Sequence record: SRR31156797_5663
DNA length: 56,259 nucleotides
Strand: one strand, 5' to 3'
Shown: positions 1-9,494 of the stretch, piece after piece
How positions within the stretch are numbered: the stretch's first letter is position 1
How the letters are laid out: every line of letters begins with the position of its first letter
Made by a program: the position numbers and the translations under genes
Notes under the pieces: model-generated
What the model saw: the letters and a program-made list of their open reading frames with translations, nothing else
Told to the model about the DNA's origin: nothing
Database searches by the model: none

Positions 1-1462
1 TGGAGCTCATACGCTCATCCAAGTCTTTCGGATCGATCCAACGGGCGATCTTGTGGCCCATTGGGGTCATGATGACTTCCGCATTGTACTCATTCATCAT
101 GCGATATTGGAAAACTTCAAATTGCAGTTGCCCGACAGCACCGATGATATACTCATCACTAAGATACGTCTTGTACAACTGGATAGCCCCTTCTTGGACC
201 AACTGATAGATTCCTTTATGGAAAGATTTTTGCTTCATCACATTTTTCGCAGTAACTTTCATAAAGAGTTCCGGAGTAAACGATGGCAGCTCTTCGTAAG
301 CAACTTTTAGTTTTCCTTCATAAATCGTGTCACCGATTTGATAATTCCCCGTGTCATAGACACCAATGATATCTCCGGCGACAGCTTCTTCAATATTTTC
401 ACGGGTATCAGCCATAAATTGAGTCACATTACTGAGTTTCATTTTTTTGCCAGTACGTTCTAAAGTAACGTCCATGCCTCGTTCAAAGGTTCCTGAACAA
501 ATGCGGACAAAGGCGATCCGGTCACGATGGGCAGGATTCATGTTTGCTTGGATCTTGAATACAAACCCAGACATTTCTGGTTCATAAGGACTGACTTCCT
601 CACCAGCTAGTGTTTTATGTCCGTAAGGTGCTGGTGCAAAAGTCAAGAAGGTTTCTAAAAAGGTCTGTACGCCAAAATTTGTGAGAGCAGAACCAAAGAA
701 TACAGGGGTTTGATCGCCCCGAGCGATTTTTTCTGTATCAAAGGCGTCGCCAGCTTCTTGCAGCAATTCCACTTCTTCTAAAACTTGTTGGAACAGCCCA
801 TCTTCGGCAAATGGATGATCTGCTGGGAATTGACCATTTTCATCTAGGGCAACTAAACGTTCCCCACCGTGATTGTCAGGACGGTAAAATTCGACCCGTT
901 GGTTGTGGATATCATACAGTCCTTCCAAGCCTTTCCCCATGCCGATCGGCCAATTCATTGGAAATGATTCGATCTCTAAAAGATCTTCTAGTTCTTCTAA
1001 TAATTCTAATGGTTCGCGGCCATCACGGTCGAGTTTATTGATAAAAGTAAAAATCGGAATACCACGTTTTTTAACGACCTGGAAGAGTTTTTTCGTTTGT
1101 GCTTCGATCCCTTTTGCGCTATCGATCACCATGACAGCACTATCCACCGCCATCAAGGTACGGTAGGTATCTTCAGAAAAGTCCTCATGCCCAGGGGTAT
1201 CTAAAATATTGACCCGTTTGCCTTGGTAATCAAACTGCATAACGGAACTGGTAACGGAGATCCCCCGTTGTTTTTCGATTTCCATCCAGTCGGACTTTGC
1301 GAAATTACCAGTCTTTTTCCCTTTGACCGTACCAGCTTGGCGAATCGCGCCACCGAATAATAATAATTGTTCTGTAATGGTTGTTTTCCCCGCATCCGGA
1401 TGGGAAATAATCGCAAAGGTACGGCGACTATCGACTTGTTGTTTTAATTTTGGATTATCCAT
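1..1462 (-). CDS. prfC: Peptide chain release factor 3 (3' end runs off the window)
   Basis: Absent from the ORF track. Manual translation from ATG 1462 gives [67 protein letters not shown], followed by DTPGH and FINKLD GTPase motifs. GGAG RBS upstream. Confidence 0.97.
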   Translation of the reverse strand, partial: MDNPKLKQQVDSRRTFAIISHPDAGKTTITEQLLLFGGAIRQAGTVKGKKTGNFAKSDWMEIEKQRGISVTSSVMQFDYQGKRVNILDTPGHEDFSEDTYRTLMAVDSAVMVIDSAKGIEAQTKKLFQVVKKRGIPIFTFINKLDRDGREPLELLEELEDLLEIESFPMNWPIGMGKGLEGLYDIHNQRVEFYRPDNHGGERLVALDENGQFPADHPFAEDGLFQQVLEEVELLQEAGDAFDTEKIARGDQTPVFFGSALTNFGVQTFLETFLTFAPAPYGHKTLAGEEVSPYEPEMSGFVFKIQANMNPAHRDRIAFVRICSGTFERGMDVTLERTGKKMKLSNVTQFMADTRENIEEAVAGDIIGVYDTGNYQIGDTIYEGKLKVAYEELPSFTPELFMKVTAKNVMKQKSFHKGIYQLVQEGAIQLYKTYLSDEYIIGAVGQLQFEVFQYRMMNEYNAEVIMTPMGHKIARWIDPKDLDERMSS

Positions 1463-1572
1463 TGATTCTATTGCTCCATTTCTTGTATTTACAATGCGAA
1501 CAGTGTCTATTTTAGACTGTCGCTAGTTTTCTGACCAAATCAGTATATCATGGATAAGGGTGATAAAAAAGC

Positions 1573-1632
1573 AAAAAAAGACAAGAAACCCCTTTGACTA
1601 CTCTCTTTTAGAGAGTTAGGCAAAGGGCGTTC
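1573..1632 (-). terminator. Intrinsic terminator of the lplA-ABC operon
   Basis: Hairpin CCCTTTG..CTCTC/GAGAG..CAAAGGG (1590-1627) followed by T-rich runs on the minus strand, just past the binding-protein stop. Confidence 0.7.
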
Positions 1633-1654
1633 CTTCCATTTTGATAGAAATAAA

Positions 1655-2470
1655 TTAAAATGCTGGCAATAAGGTATCGCTATGCTCGTTTTCTAAAAAC
1701 TCACGAACTTTATCGCTAGTCATGGCACGGCGCAATACAGCGATTTTTTCAGAATCTTGATTGTCTTCTCGAGCAACCAATGAGATAGCAAAGCGATCAT
1801 CGATGGTCTTTTCTAAGAAAAGGGCATCTGCTGGTTTCAAACCGATCTTCGCGATATAGGTTGGGTAATTGTATACCAAAGATACGTTTGGTTCATCATA
1901 GGCTTCCGCAAGATTCAGTAAATCGACAGATAACCACTCAAATTTTTTCGGATTTTCGGTAATGTCTTTTAATGTCCCATTGACACCAACGCCTTCTTTA
2001 AGGGTAATCAATCCTTCTTCTGCTAAAATCGCTAACGCTCGACCTTCATTGGACACATCATTTGGCAATGCGACTTTCGTTCCTTCTGGAATATCATTGA
2101 TATCCGTATACTCTTTGGAATAAAAACCGACTTTTGCGTTGTAGATTTTATCTAGTGCCACTAGGTTTGCATCTTTTTCTTCATTATACATTTGCATATA
2201 TGGTTCATGTTGCGCAAAGTTAGCATCGACCTCGTCATTATTCAGCAACTCATTGTACTGGATATTGTCATTGACTTGGACCAATTGGATTTCCCAGCCA
2301 TCTTCCACTGCTTCAGCTGCAACCTTTACGACATCGGTCATTGGCGTCGTTTGCGAAGCGACCTTGATGATTTTCTCTTCGCTCGCTTCATCAGAACCTG
2401 TACCGCAAGCCCCCAATACACCTAATGCCAATACACTCAGTCCTAAAACAAATCCTTTTTTCACTTTCAT
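1655..2470 (-). CDS. MetQ/NlpA-family ABC substrate-binding lipoprotein (divergent pocket)
   Basis: Lipobox LGAC; DANFAQHEPY and PNDVSNEGRAL family motifs; 271 aa. Confidence 0.9.
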   Translation of the reverse strand: MKVKKGFVLGLSVLALGVLGACGTGSDEASEEKIIKVASQTTPMTDVVKVAAEAVEDGWEIQLVQVNDNIQYNELLNNDEVDANFAQHEPYMQMYNEEKDANLVALDKIYNAKVGFYSKEYTDINDIPEGTKVALPNDVSNEGRALAILAEEGLITLKEGVGVNGTLKDITENPKKFEWLSVDLLNLAEAYDEPNVSLVYNYPTYIAKIGLKPADALFLEKTIDDRFAISLVAREDNQDSEKIAVLRRAMTSDKVREFLENEHSDTLLPAF

Positions 2471-2475
2471 TCCTC

Positions 2476-3144
2476 CTATTTTCGTTTATCAAGTTTTCTT
2501 GCTGCTTGATTGCCAATCCCTTGCAGGATAAAGACCAAAAGAATCATGATGATAATTGCAAAATACATCACGCCATACTCATAACGCTGGTACCCATAAC
2601 GGATCGCAAAATCGCCGATACCGCCACCACCAACGATCCCCATCACCGTCGAATAAGAAACCATGCTGACTGCTGTCGTCGTTAAAGATAAAATCAAGCC
2701 GCTTCTAGCTTCCACTAGTAAAAACGACCAAACATACTGCCATTGACTGACACCAAGAGATTTCGCCAAATAAGAAACTTCTTCTGGAACATCCAACAGC
2801 ACTTGCTCCGTCAAACGAGCAAAAATACTCATAGCAACGATGCTCAAAGGAAAACTGGCGGGAATCGGTCCAAATGAGCTGCCTAAAAGCATCCGCGTCA
2901 ACGGGATCAACGCTACAACAAATAATAAAAAAGGAAACGAGCGGATGATCGTCACAACGAGATTCAAACACTCATAAAGAAATGAGATTTTTTTCCCTCG
3001 GCTGCGACTGAGAAAAAGCCAGACACCTAACGGTAGACCTAAGACAATGGCTGCGAGCATCGAAATGCCCATCATGATCGCTGTTTCTTTCAAAGATTGC
3101 AGCAATTCAGGCAGATAATACAAAATACTCTCACTGATCGTCAT
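2476..3144 (-). CDS. MetI-family ABC permease
   Basis: RSFPFLL motif and GIVGGGGIGDFAIRYGYQRY signature; hydrophobic, 222 aa. Confidence 0.9.
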   Translation of the reverse strand: MTISESILYYLPELLQSLKETAIMMGISMLAAIVLGLPLGVWLFLSRSRGKKISFLYECLNLVVTIIRSFPFLLFVVALIPLTRMLLGSSFGPIPASFPLSIVAMSIFARLTEQVLLDVPEEVSYLAKSLGVSQWQYVWSFLLVEARSGLILSLTTTAVSMVSYSTVMGIVGGGGIGDFAIRYGYQRYEYGVMYFAIIIMILLVFILQGIGNQAARKLDKRK

Positions 3145-3856
3145 GCAGCAGACTCCTCTCCACTTTGTTCACATAAGAGCTTTCAATGCGGACGATTGGT
3201 TGTGGCTGATTGGCAAACTCCGCCTCAAAGACGGCATCCTCCAATACAAACACACGTTGACAAATTTGTCGGACGGCCGATAGCTCATGACTGACAAAGA
3301 CGACAGCTGGTTGAAACGTCTGTTGAACTTTTTGCAGCAAAGCAAGAACATCGGCTTTCGTATCTTCGTCCAGCGCACTAGTGGGCTCGTCACACAGCAA
3401 GATTTTTGGCTCACGGATCAAAGCCCGTGCAATAGCCACTCGTTGTTTCTCTCCGCCGCTTAACTTGGCCGGATAGATGTGGGCTTTATCTTCCATGCCA
3501 ACAAACGAAAGCATCTCAAGTACCATATCTGCTGACTTTCCCATTAACTTCAAGGGCAAATAGACATTTTCGAAAACGGTTCGATTGTGTAACAGATTGT
3601 AATTTTGAAAAATCATGCCGATTTCTTGTTGTGCACGTAGCAGATGCTTTTTATTCGATGTATCGATTTTTTTGCCATCAAAAAGTAATTCCCCGCTGTC
3701 TGGGGTTTCAATAAAGTTTAAAAGCCGCAACAACGTCGATTTTCCTGAGCCGCTTTTGCCGACGACCCCAACGATTTCTCCTGCCTGAACAGAAAAAGAC
3801 AAACCATCGAGAACCTTTCGATCGTAACGCTTTGTGAGATTGATCGCTTCTAACAT
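3131..3856 (-). CDS. MetN-like ABC ATPase lacking a C-terminal NIL domain
   Basis: GKSGSGKS, IGMIFQNYNLL, LSGGEKQRVAIARAL, CDEPTSALD. Start moved to ATG 3856 because AGGAGG overlaps the lplA stop. 241 aa. Confidence 0.9.
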   Translation of the reverse strand: MLEAINLTKRYDRKVLDGLSFSVQAGEIVGVVGKSGSGKSTLLRLLNFIETPDSGELLFDGKKIDTSNKKHLLRAQQEIGMIFQNYNLLHNRTVFENVYLPLKLMGKSADMVLEMLSFVGMEDKAHIYPAKLSGGEKQRVAIARALIREPKILLCDEPTSALDEDTKADVLALLQKVQQTFQPAVVFVSHELSAVRQICQRVFVLEDAVFEAEFANQPQPIVRIESSYVNKVERSLLHDDQ

Positions 3857-3866
3857 CTTTTTCCTC

Positions 3867-4883
3867 CTAATCAAACAGCAATGCTAAAAATTCAGAAGCG
3901 GTCATCTGATGGATAAACTGATCGATGGCGATTCCCTCTAGCAAGCGGCTAATGGTGCTTTTTTCAAAATCAATACCTTGCAACATCGCTTCAAGTTCAC
4001 TGATCTCTTTTTGTCCAAAAAAATCACCGGTAATTTGAATCGCTGCAATCTTGCCTTTGTTGACAGTAAAATCGACTTCAACAATCCCAACCTGCTCAAA
4101 CCGCTTTCTTTTTTGCCATTCGAAAGCAGGCGCTTCATTAAAAATCCACTCATTATTGGCATATCGTTCTTCAAACAGTGCTTGGATCGCTTGTCGATCG
4201 TTTTCCGTTAAGACGATCTCTTGCTCACTGATTTCATCAATCGATTCTACTTCATAGATTCGGCAAAGCAGTGTATCTCGAAATTCCTTGGTATCCATTG
4301 ATTGGTATTGCTCTGCCAAAAAGGGCTTGATATTCGTCACACTTTTCCGAACTGATTTCGTGGCTTTAGAAGCAATTTTTTCTTGGGCAACATGTAGAAC
4401 TTTCGTCAATTCTTCTAGATCCACATCATACATCAACGTGCCATGAGAATACGTCCGGCCTTTTTTTGTATACATCGCATTGCCAGAAAACTTTTTCCCA
4501 TCAATGAACAGATCATTACGGCCATGTACTTCAACATCCTTGGCTCCCATTGCCGCTAAGCCTTTCATGATCGGTTGTGTTGCACTTTGATAGTCACCAA
4601 AACTCGTGGCATCTTTTTTGGTGACAAAACTAAAACTCATATTGCCTAGATCGTCATAAACCGCTCCACCACCAGACGTTCTGCGAGTCAAAACGATCTT
4701 ACGGCTTCTTAGATAGTCAAAATCAATCTCTTGATACGCATTCTGATTTCTGCCGATTATAACACATGGTTTTTGTATGTATAACAGAAGACAAGGTTCC
4801 GAAACATCTACGTTATTCATCAGATACTCTTCAGTCGCCAAATTGTAACGGATATCTTCACTAAGCATACGGTAAAATTTCAT
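3867..4883 (-). CDS. lplA: Lipoate--protein ligase (LplA/LplJ family)
   Basis: NLATEEYL, IIGRNQN, RRTSGGGAVYDDLGN, GRNDL..GKKFSGNA, HGTL, KSVRKSVTNI; C-terminal ligase domain with GDFF. Confidence 0.95.
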   Translation of the reverse strand: MKFYRMLSEDIRYNLATEEYLMNNVDVSEPCLLLYIQKPCVIIGRNQNAYQEIDFDYLRSRKIVLTRRTSGGGAVYDDLGNMSFSFVTKKDATSFGDYQSATQPIMKGLAAMGAKDVEVHGRNDLFIDGKKFSGNAMYTKKGRTYSHGTLMYDVDLEELTKVLHVAQEKIASKATKSVRKSVTNIKPFLAEQYQSMDTKEFRDTLLCRIYEVESIDEISEQEIVLTENDRQAIQALFEERYANNEWIFNEAPAFEWQKRKRFEQVGIVEVDFTVNKGKIAAIQITGDFFGQKEISELEAMLQGIDFEKSTISRLLEGIAIDQFIHQMTASEFLALLFD

Positions 4884-5068
4884 TTCAAGCCCCTCATTCT
4901 CATTATATTTCTATGGATATTCTCGCTTTTCTTACGGAAAATTGCAATCAAACTGCTTAACGATAAGATACACGTGTTTTTTTATCTGTTTTTAAACTGT
5001 ATTATTCAATAAATTTATCGTAACCGTTTCTTCCATACAAATCAAGGGGAATACGTAAAAAAACGGAC

Positions 5069-5100
5069 AAAAAAGACCAAAGCAACTGCCTTGGTCTTTC
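5069..5100 (-). terminator. Intrinsic terminator after the CorC/HlyC-family gene
   Basis: AAAGACCAAAGCA..TGCCTTGGTCTTT stem with an A6 run (U tract on the minus strand). Confidence 0.7.
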
Positions 5101-5121
5101 TCATTTCATTTATACGGAACT

Positions 5122-6498
5122 TTAACGGCGAGGCTCATCTTCCTCAAAATCTTTACGGAAATAGCGCCGCTCTTCCTCTGGTTCCACTTCCCCTTCTTCT
5201 GGGTCGTGGAAAATCACCCGGATCTTCAAGACGCGTGATCCTTCCATTTCTTCAGAGATCAGCTTCACATTGTCCACTTCGAAGGATAGTTTTTCTCCTT
5301 CATCAGGGATTAATCCTAAAGCAGTGATCAAATATCCTGCCATCGTATCCACATCACTCATATGCAAGCTCATGTTGAAGGCTTCATTAAAATCATCGAT
5401 CAACATGCGTCCTTGGATGACATATTCTTTATCAGAGATTTTTTCATAAAGCTCTTCGACTTCATCTGATTCATCATCGATCTCGCCGACGATTTCTTCT
5501 AGCAAGTCTTCTAGTGTAACCAATCCAACGACGCCGCCATATTCATCAAGCAAAATCGCCATTTGGTTTTGGGTTTTCTTTAATTCATAAAGCAAATCAT
5601 CGATAAAGACCGTTTCTGGCACAAACAATGGTTCCTGCAGGATTTGTTTGATGTCCATCGTATCAAAGCCGTATTTGTACGCACATTTCAAAAGATTTTT
5701 GGTATGTAGAATCCCTACGACTTTGTCTTTATCTTCATTATATACAGGAATACGAGAATAATTTTCTGCTAAAATTTCAGTCAAAATTTCTTCTACTGAG
5801 TCATTGATGTCCACCATAAAGGCTGAGGTTCTAGGAACCATGACTTCCCGGGCGACTTTCGTGTCTAATGAAAAGATCCCTTGCAGCATCTCTAATTCAT
5901 CTTCTTCAAAGACCCCTTCTGTTTCCAACATATACCGCATTTCATCACGGGTCATCTTCGTGTCTTCATCGTCAAATTCCATTGGAGTGATGCGCGCCAA
6001 TAAACTTGTCGAAGCAGATAAGAACCAGACGAAAGGTTTTGCAATAATCCCGATCGTTCGAATGACACCAGAAGTGAACTGGGCAACTTCTTCTGATTTG
6101 TTCATGGCGATCCGTTTTGGATACAACTCACCGAAAACGATCGACACATACGTCAAGATCGCTAAAACAATAATGTTCGCTAAGCTTTTAGCCGCCGTCC
6201 CTCCACCTAATAAAGGTGCCAAACGGGTCGACAAGGTATCTGCCAGAGATGCCCCAGATAAAATATTCACCAAGGTAATCCCAACTTGGATCGTTGACAA
6301 GAAATTTGTTGGATTATCAATGATTTTCAATAATTTTTGTGATTTGACATTTCCTTCTTCCGCTTTTTGCTCCACACGGTTTTTGTTAACTGAGACAACT
6401 GCGATCTCAGAGGCCGCTAGAAAAGCGTTGATCAATGTCAAAACGATCAATAATAAAATTTGCGCTAGAAGCGACTGACTCTCGGGGTCAGCATTCAT
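5122..6498 (-). CDS. HlyC/CorC (CNNM/DUF21-CBS-CorC) family transporter, 'hemolysin family', probable Mg2+ exporter
   Basis: [63 protein letters not shown]. Confidence 0.92.
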   Translation of the reverse strand: MNADPESQSLLAQILLLIVLTLINAFLAASEIAVVSVNKNRVEQKAEEGNVKSQKLLKIIDNPTNFLSTIQVGITLVNILSGASLADTLSTRLAPLLGGGTAAKSLANIIVLAILTYVSIVFGELYPKRIAMNKSEEVAQFTSGVIRTIGIIAKPFVWFLSASTSLLARITPMEFDDEDTKMTRDEMRYMLETEGVFEEDELEMLQGIFSLDTKVAREVMVPRTSAFMVDINDSVEEILTEILAENYSRIPVYNEDKDKVVGILHTKNLLKCAYKYGFDTMDIKQILQEPLFVPETVFIDDLLYELKKTQNQMAILLDEYGGVVGLVTLEDLLEEIVGEIDDESDEVEELYEKISDKEYVIQGRMLIDDFNEAFNMSLHMSDVDTMAGYLITALGLIPDEGEKLSFEVDNVKLISEEMEGSRVLKIRVIFHDPEEGEVEPEEERRYFRKDFEEDEPRR

Positions 6499-6610
6499 AA
6501 TAGCATTCTCTCCTTATTTTTTCATTTTCTAAAAAAAATCGTGGGCTTAGCCCACGATAAAATCCTATCACAAAGTTTTTTTCTTTGCAATAAAAAACAC
6601 CAGTCATTGA

Positions 6611-7726
6611 TTATTCGATCAACCGTTCCTGATTTTTCTTGATTTTGTCGTCTTTGATCAGGCGAACAATAAAGACGACGATCGTTCGGCAAATCGCATA
6701 AAATGGCACACCTAGGAAAATCCCCAGCAAGCCAGCTAGATTTCCAGCAACTAATAAGACCAAAATGATCGTTAACGGATGGATCGCCAATGATTTTCCG
6801 ATTACATTCGGGTAAATAACATTTCCGTCTAATTGTTGGACGACCAGAACCACGATACAGCATAATAATGCGCGAAATGGTTCATCAAAGACCGTCACTA
6901 ACACCGCCGGAATCAAACCAAGATATGGGCCTAAATAAGGGATCAAGTTTGTGACGCCTGCAATTACCCCAAAAAGAAAGGCATAGTTAACGCCGATCAT
7001 CCAGTAACCAATAAACGTGAAGGTAGCGACAAAAATACATTCGATCGCTTGCCCACTAATGTAATTGGATAATGTCTTGTTTAAGTCACCTAGCAACCCA
7101 ACAATCTGATCTCGTCTTCTTTCTGGAAAGACAGTTTTCAGATTAGGAACTAGCTTTTCTCCATCCTTCAACATGTAAAACAGGATGAATGGTACTGTAA
7201 CGATGATCATCGTCGCGGAAGCAATCGTACTGACGATCGATCCTAAGCTAGTGGATAACCCACTAAGAAACTGCTGCAGCAAAGAACCATAAGAAAGATT
7301 TAGGTTTTCTAACTGCTGCGCGATATCGATTTGTTTGAAAAATGGATCATCTGCGATTCTTGAGATCCAGCTTTCCATATTTTTGGCAAATGTTGGAATA
7401 TTTTCCGCCAATGAAGTAATCTGACTCACTAGATTAGGAATAACGCTGACGAAAATCAAGATGATTGCTGCTACTAATAACAACAGAACCAATATGACAG
7501 CAAACAGTCGTTTTATTTTTGTGGTTTTCATCAAAAATAAGACGATTGGATTTAGCAGGTAATACAGAAAGCCAGCAATCAATACTGGTGCAAATAAAGT
7601 AGAAAAAAACGTGCCAATCGGTGCAAATAGAAAATTGACTTTACTTAACACAAACACGAGTGTCACTAAAACCAATGCTTCCAATGACCAAAAGAACAGT
7701 TTTGATTGTTTGAATTTGTCGAACAA
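6611..7726 (-). CDS. AI-2E family transporter
   Basis: Multi-TM protein with LFYMLKDG, YISGQ, NLIPYLGP, QQLDGNVIYP, IHPL. TTG start at 7726 behind a GGAGG RBS. Confidence 0.9.
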   Translation of the reverse strand: MFDKFKQSKLFFWSLEALVLVTLVFVLSKVNFLFAPIGTFFSTLFAPVLIAGFLYYLLNPIVLFLMKTTKIKRLFAVILVLLLLVAAIILIFVSVIPNLVSQITSLAENIPTFAKNMESWISRIADDPFFKQIDIAQQLENLNLSYGSLLQQFLSGLSTSLGSIVSTIASATMIIVTVPFILFYMLKDGEKLVPNLKTVFPERRRDQIVGLLGDLNKTLSNYISGQAIECIFVATFTFIGYWMIGVNYAFLFGVIAGVTNLIPYLGPYLGLIPAVLVTVFDEPFRALLCCIVVLVVQQLDGNVIYPNVIGKSLAIHPLTIILVLLVAGNLAGLLGIFLGVPFYAICRTIVVFIVRLIKDDKIKKNQERLIE

Positions 7727-7868
7727 AAGATTCCCTCCCTTTTTTATAACATTATAGATGATTTTGAAAAAAAAAGCTTGCGACTTTAGCCGCAAACAAA
7801 AAAAATTTGTAAAAAAAGTGGTATACTATTAAAAATAACGGAGAAATCTTAGCTGAGGTGAATTTTTT

Positions 7869-8312
7869 ATGCATATTGCACAAACAAAAGATACGCTGAG
7901 TGACATTTATTTGGCGTCATTGAAAATACGAAATCAAGTATTCGTGAAAGAGCAAGGTGTTCCATTAGCATTGGAAGTAGATGAAAATGAAGCATTGGCA
8001 GTCCACTTTGTCTTATATGACGACGATAATGAAGCAGTCGCAACCTTGCGTTTCTTACCTATCTCTGATCATGAAGTGAAGTTGCAGCGAATGGCGGTCC
8101 CCGCTGCTCATCGAGGTTCAGGTTATGGCAGACAACTGATCGAAGGTGCGGAAGCCTTCATTCAAAAACAAGGAATCAAAAAAGTCACTTTAGGGGCACA
8201 AATAACTGCCAAAGAGTTTTACTTGAAGTTAGGCTATCAGCCTCAAGGCGATGTTTTTTTAGACGCAGATATGCCCCATATCAAAATGAGCAAAATCTTT
8301 AACGAGAAGTGA
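7869..8312 (+). CDS. GNAT N-acetyltransferase (ElaA/YjcF-like)
   Basis: IRNQVFVKEQG, RMAV..HRGSGYGRQL, AQ..AKEFYLKLGY, PHIKM. Confidence 0.88.
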   Translation: MHIAQTKDTLSDIYLASLKIRNQVFVKEQGVPLALEVDENEALAVHFVLYDDDNEAVATLRFLPISDHEVKLQRMAVPAAHRGSGYGRQLIEGAEAFIQKQGIKKVTLGAQITAKEFYLKLGYQPQGDVFLDADMPHIKMSKIFNEK

Positions 8313-8324
8313 TTCCTTAAAATA

Positions 8325-8372
8325 GCGACCACAAAACAGATCCTTCCTCTGTTTTGTAGTCGCCGTTTTTTT
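8325..8372. terminator. Terminator between the convergent GNAT and amidase genes
   Basis: GCGACCACAAAACAGA..TCTGTTTTGTAGTCGC stem followed by a T tract. Confidence 0.7.
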
Positions 8373-9333
8373 ATTCCTCTGCTTCAACGATCTCTTCAAT
8401 CGCTGTCAGCAACGCTTGCGCCACCCTTTGATCATACCCTTCACTTGTAATCATTGCCAAATCATTGTCACTGTTCAAATAGCCTAACTCCAATAATACT
8501 GCTGGAAGATATTGTTCTCGCAACACATAATAGTTACCAAAACGAGTGCCGTTGGAACTCAATGCCACCGAAGAACTCAAATTGGCAGTGATCGTTTCTG
8601 CCATCTCTTTTGACCCAGTATAGTAATAGTAAGTTGTCAGTCCTTGATTGCTGTTTGGTATTTCTGAATTATCGTAATGAATGCTAATAAATAAATCTGG
8701 TTCTTCTGAAAGCGAAGCAGCGGTGATATCAGACAGCGAGAGATAACGATCTTCAGTGCGTGTATAACTGACTTGAATACCTGCTTCTGTCAACACTTCG
8801 CCGATCGTTTGGACCGTTGTTAGCGTCAAGTCTTTTTCCATGATCATTTGATCCGTTGACAGTGCCCCAGAATCTTCGCCGCCGTGACCTGCATCAAGGA
8901 CGACTTTGAAGTTCGATAGATCTTTTGGGATTGCCGAAAGCGCGACTTCTTGAATCGATGCTGATTGCTTTTCAATATAACCAGTTACCCCATCGTCTGT
9001 TTGAATTTCAACCATGTCTTCTGTTTGACTGATGAAGGTTGCCCAACTTCCCCGATGGATTTTCCCAATGACTGTCTCTTGACTTGTTGACTGATAAATC
9101 GGTACATAATCGTTCTCACTTTCAATCGCTGCATCGTATTCTGAGGGATCTACATAAATTTGAACCATACTGGCAGTCTGAGCGGTCTCTTCAGTTTGAG
9201 CGTTAAGCTCAGTTTGAGAAGTACTTTCTTGACTCTCCTCACGAGCGGATTGGTCGTTTCTCAACACAGCAAACCCCGCTGCAAAAAGCAGAATCATGGT
9301 GGTCCCGATAACAAGCTTCCCTTTTTTCTTCAT
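8371..9333 (-). CDS. N-acetylmuramoyl-L-alanine amidase (Amidase_3) with N-terminal membrane anchor and SH3-like domain
   Basis: DAGHGG, EKDLTL, SIH, YYVLRE, PAVLLELGY Zn motifs; N-terminal hydrophobic helix; SH3b-like VEIQTDDGVTGYI. Confidence 0.88.
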   Translation of the reverse strand: MKKKGKLVIGTTMILLFAAGFAVLRNDQSAREESQESTSQTELNAQTEETAQTASMVQIYVDPSEYDAAIESENDYVPIYQSTSQETVIGKIHRGSWATFISQTEDMVEIQTDDGVTGYIEKQSASIQEVALSAIPKDLSNFKVVLDAGHGGEDSGALSTDQMIMEKDLTLTTVQTIGEVLTEAGIQVSYTRTEDRYLSLSDITAASLSEEPDLFISIHYDNSEIPNSNQGLTTYYYYTGSKEMAETITANLSSSVALSSNGTRFGNYYVLREQYLPAVLLELGYLNSDNDLAMITSEGYDQRVAQALLTAIEEIVEAEE

Positions 9334-9365
9334 GTGCTTCCCCCACTAATTTTCTTGGTCTCTCT

Positions 9366-9398
9366 ATCATGGGACTGTCAGCTTAAACAGAACTTAAA
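9366..9398 (-). promoter_or_regulatory. TTTAAG-N5-TTTAAG direct repeat 10 bp upstream of a -10-like hexamer (CiaR-type response-regulator box)
   Basis: Minus strand reads TTTAAG TTCTG TTTAAG ctgacagtcc CATGAT, upstream of the amidase gene. Confidence 0.55.
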
Positions 9399-9494
9399 AC
9401 CTGCTGATTGAAGCATTCCATTAGAAACACAAAAAAACTCCAACCAACTTGGTTGAAGTTTCTTAGGGAAAATGAGCGATTCGACCCATTTTAC

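Noticed and set aside
53-1526. Short ORF-track entries over the prfC region
   Set aside because: They are off-frame or antisense shadows of the edge-truncated prfC gene.
5017-5032. cre-like sequence upstream of lplA
   Set aside because: Several mismatches, including the TG end; too degenerate to call.
5804-6478. 224-aa plus-strand ORF
   Set aside because: Antisense shadow of the CorC/HlyC gene, with no RBS or motifs.
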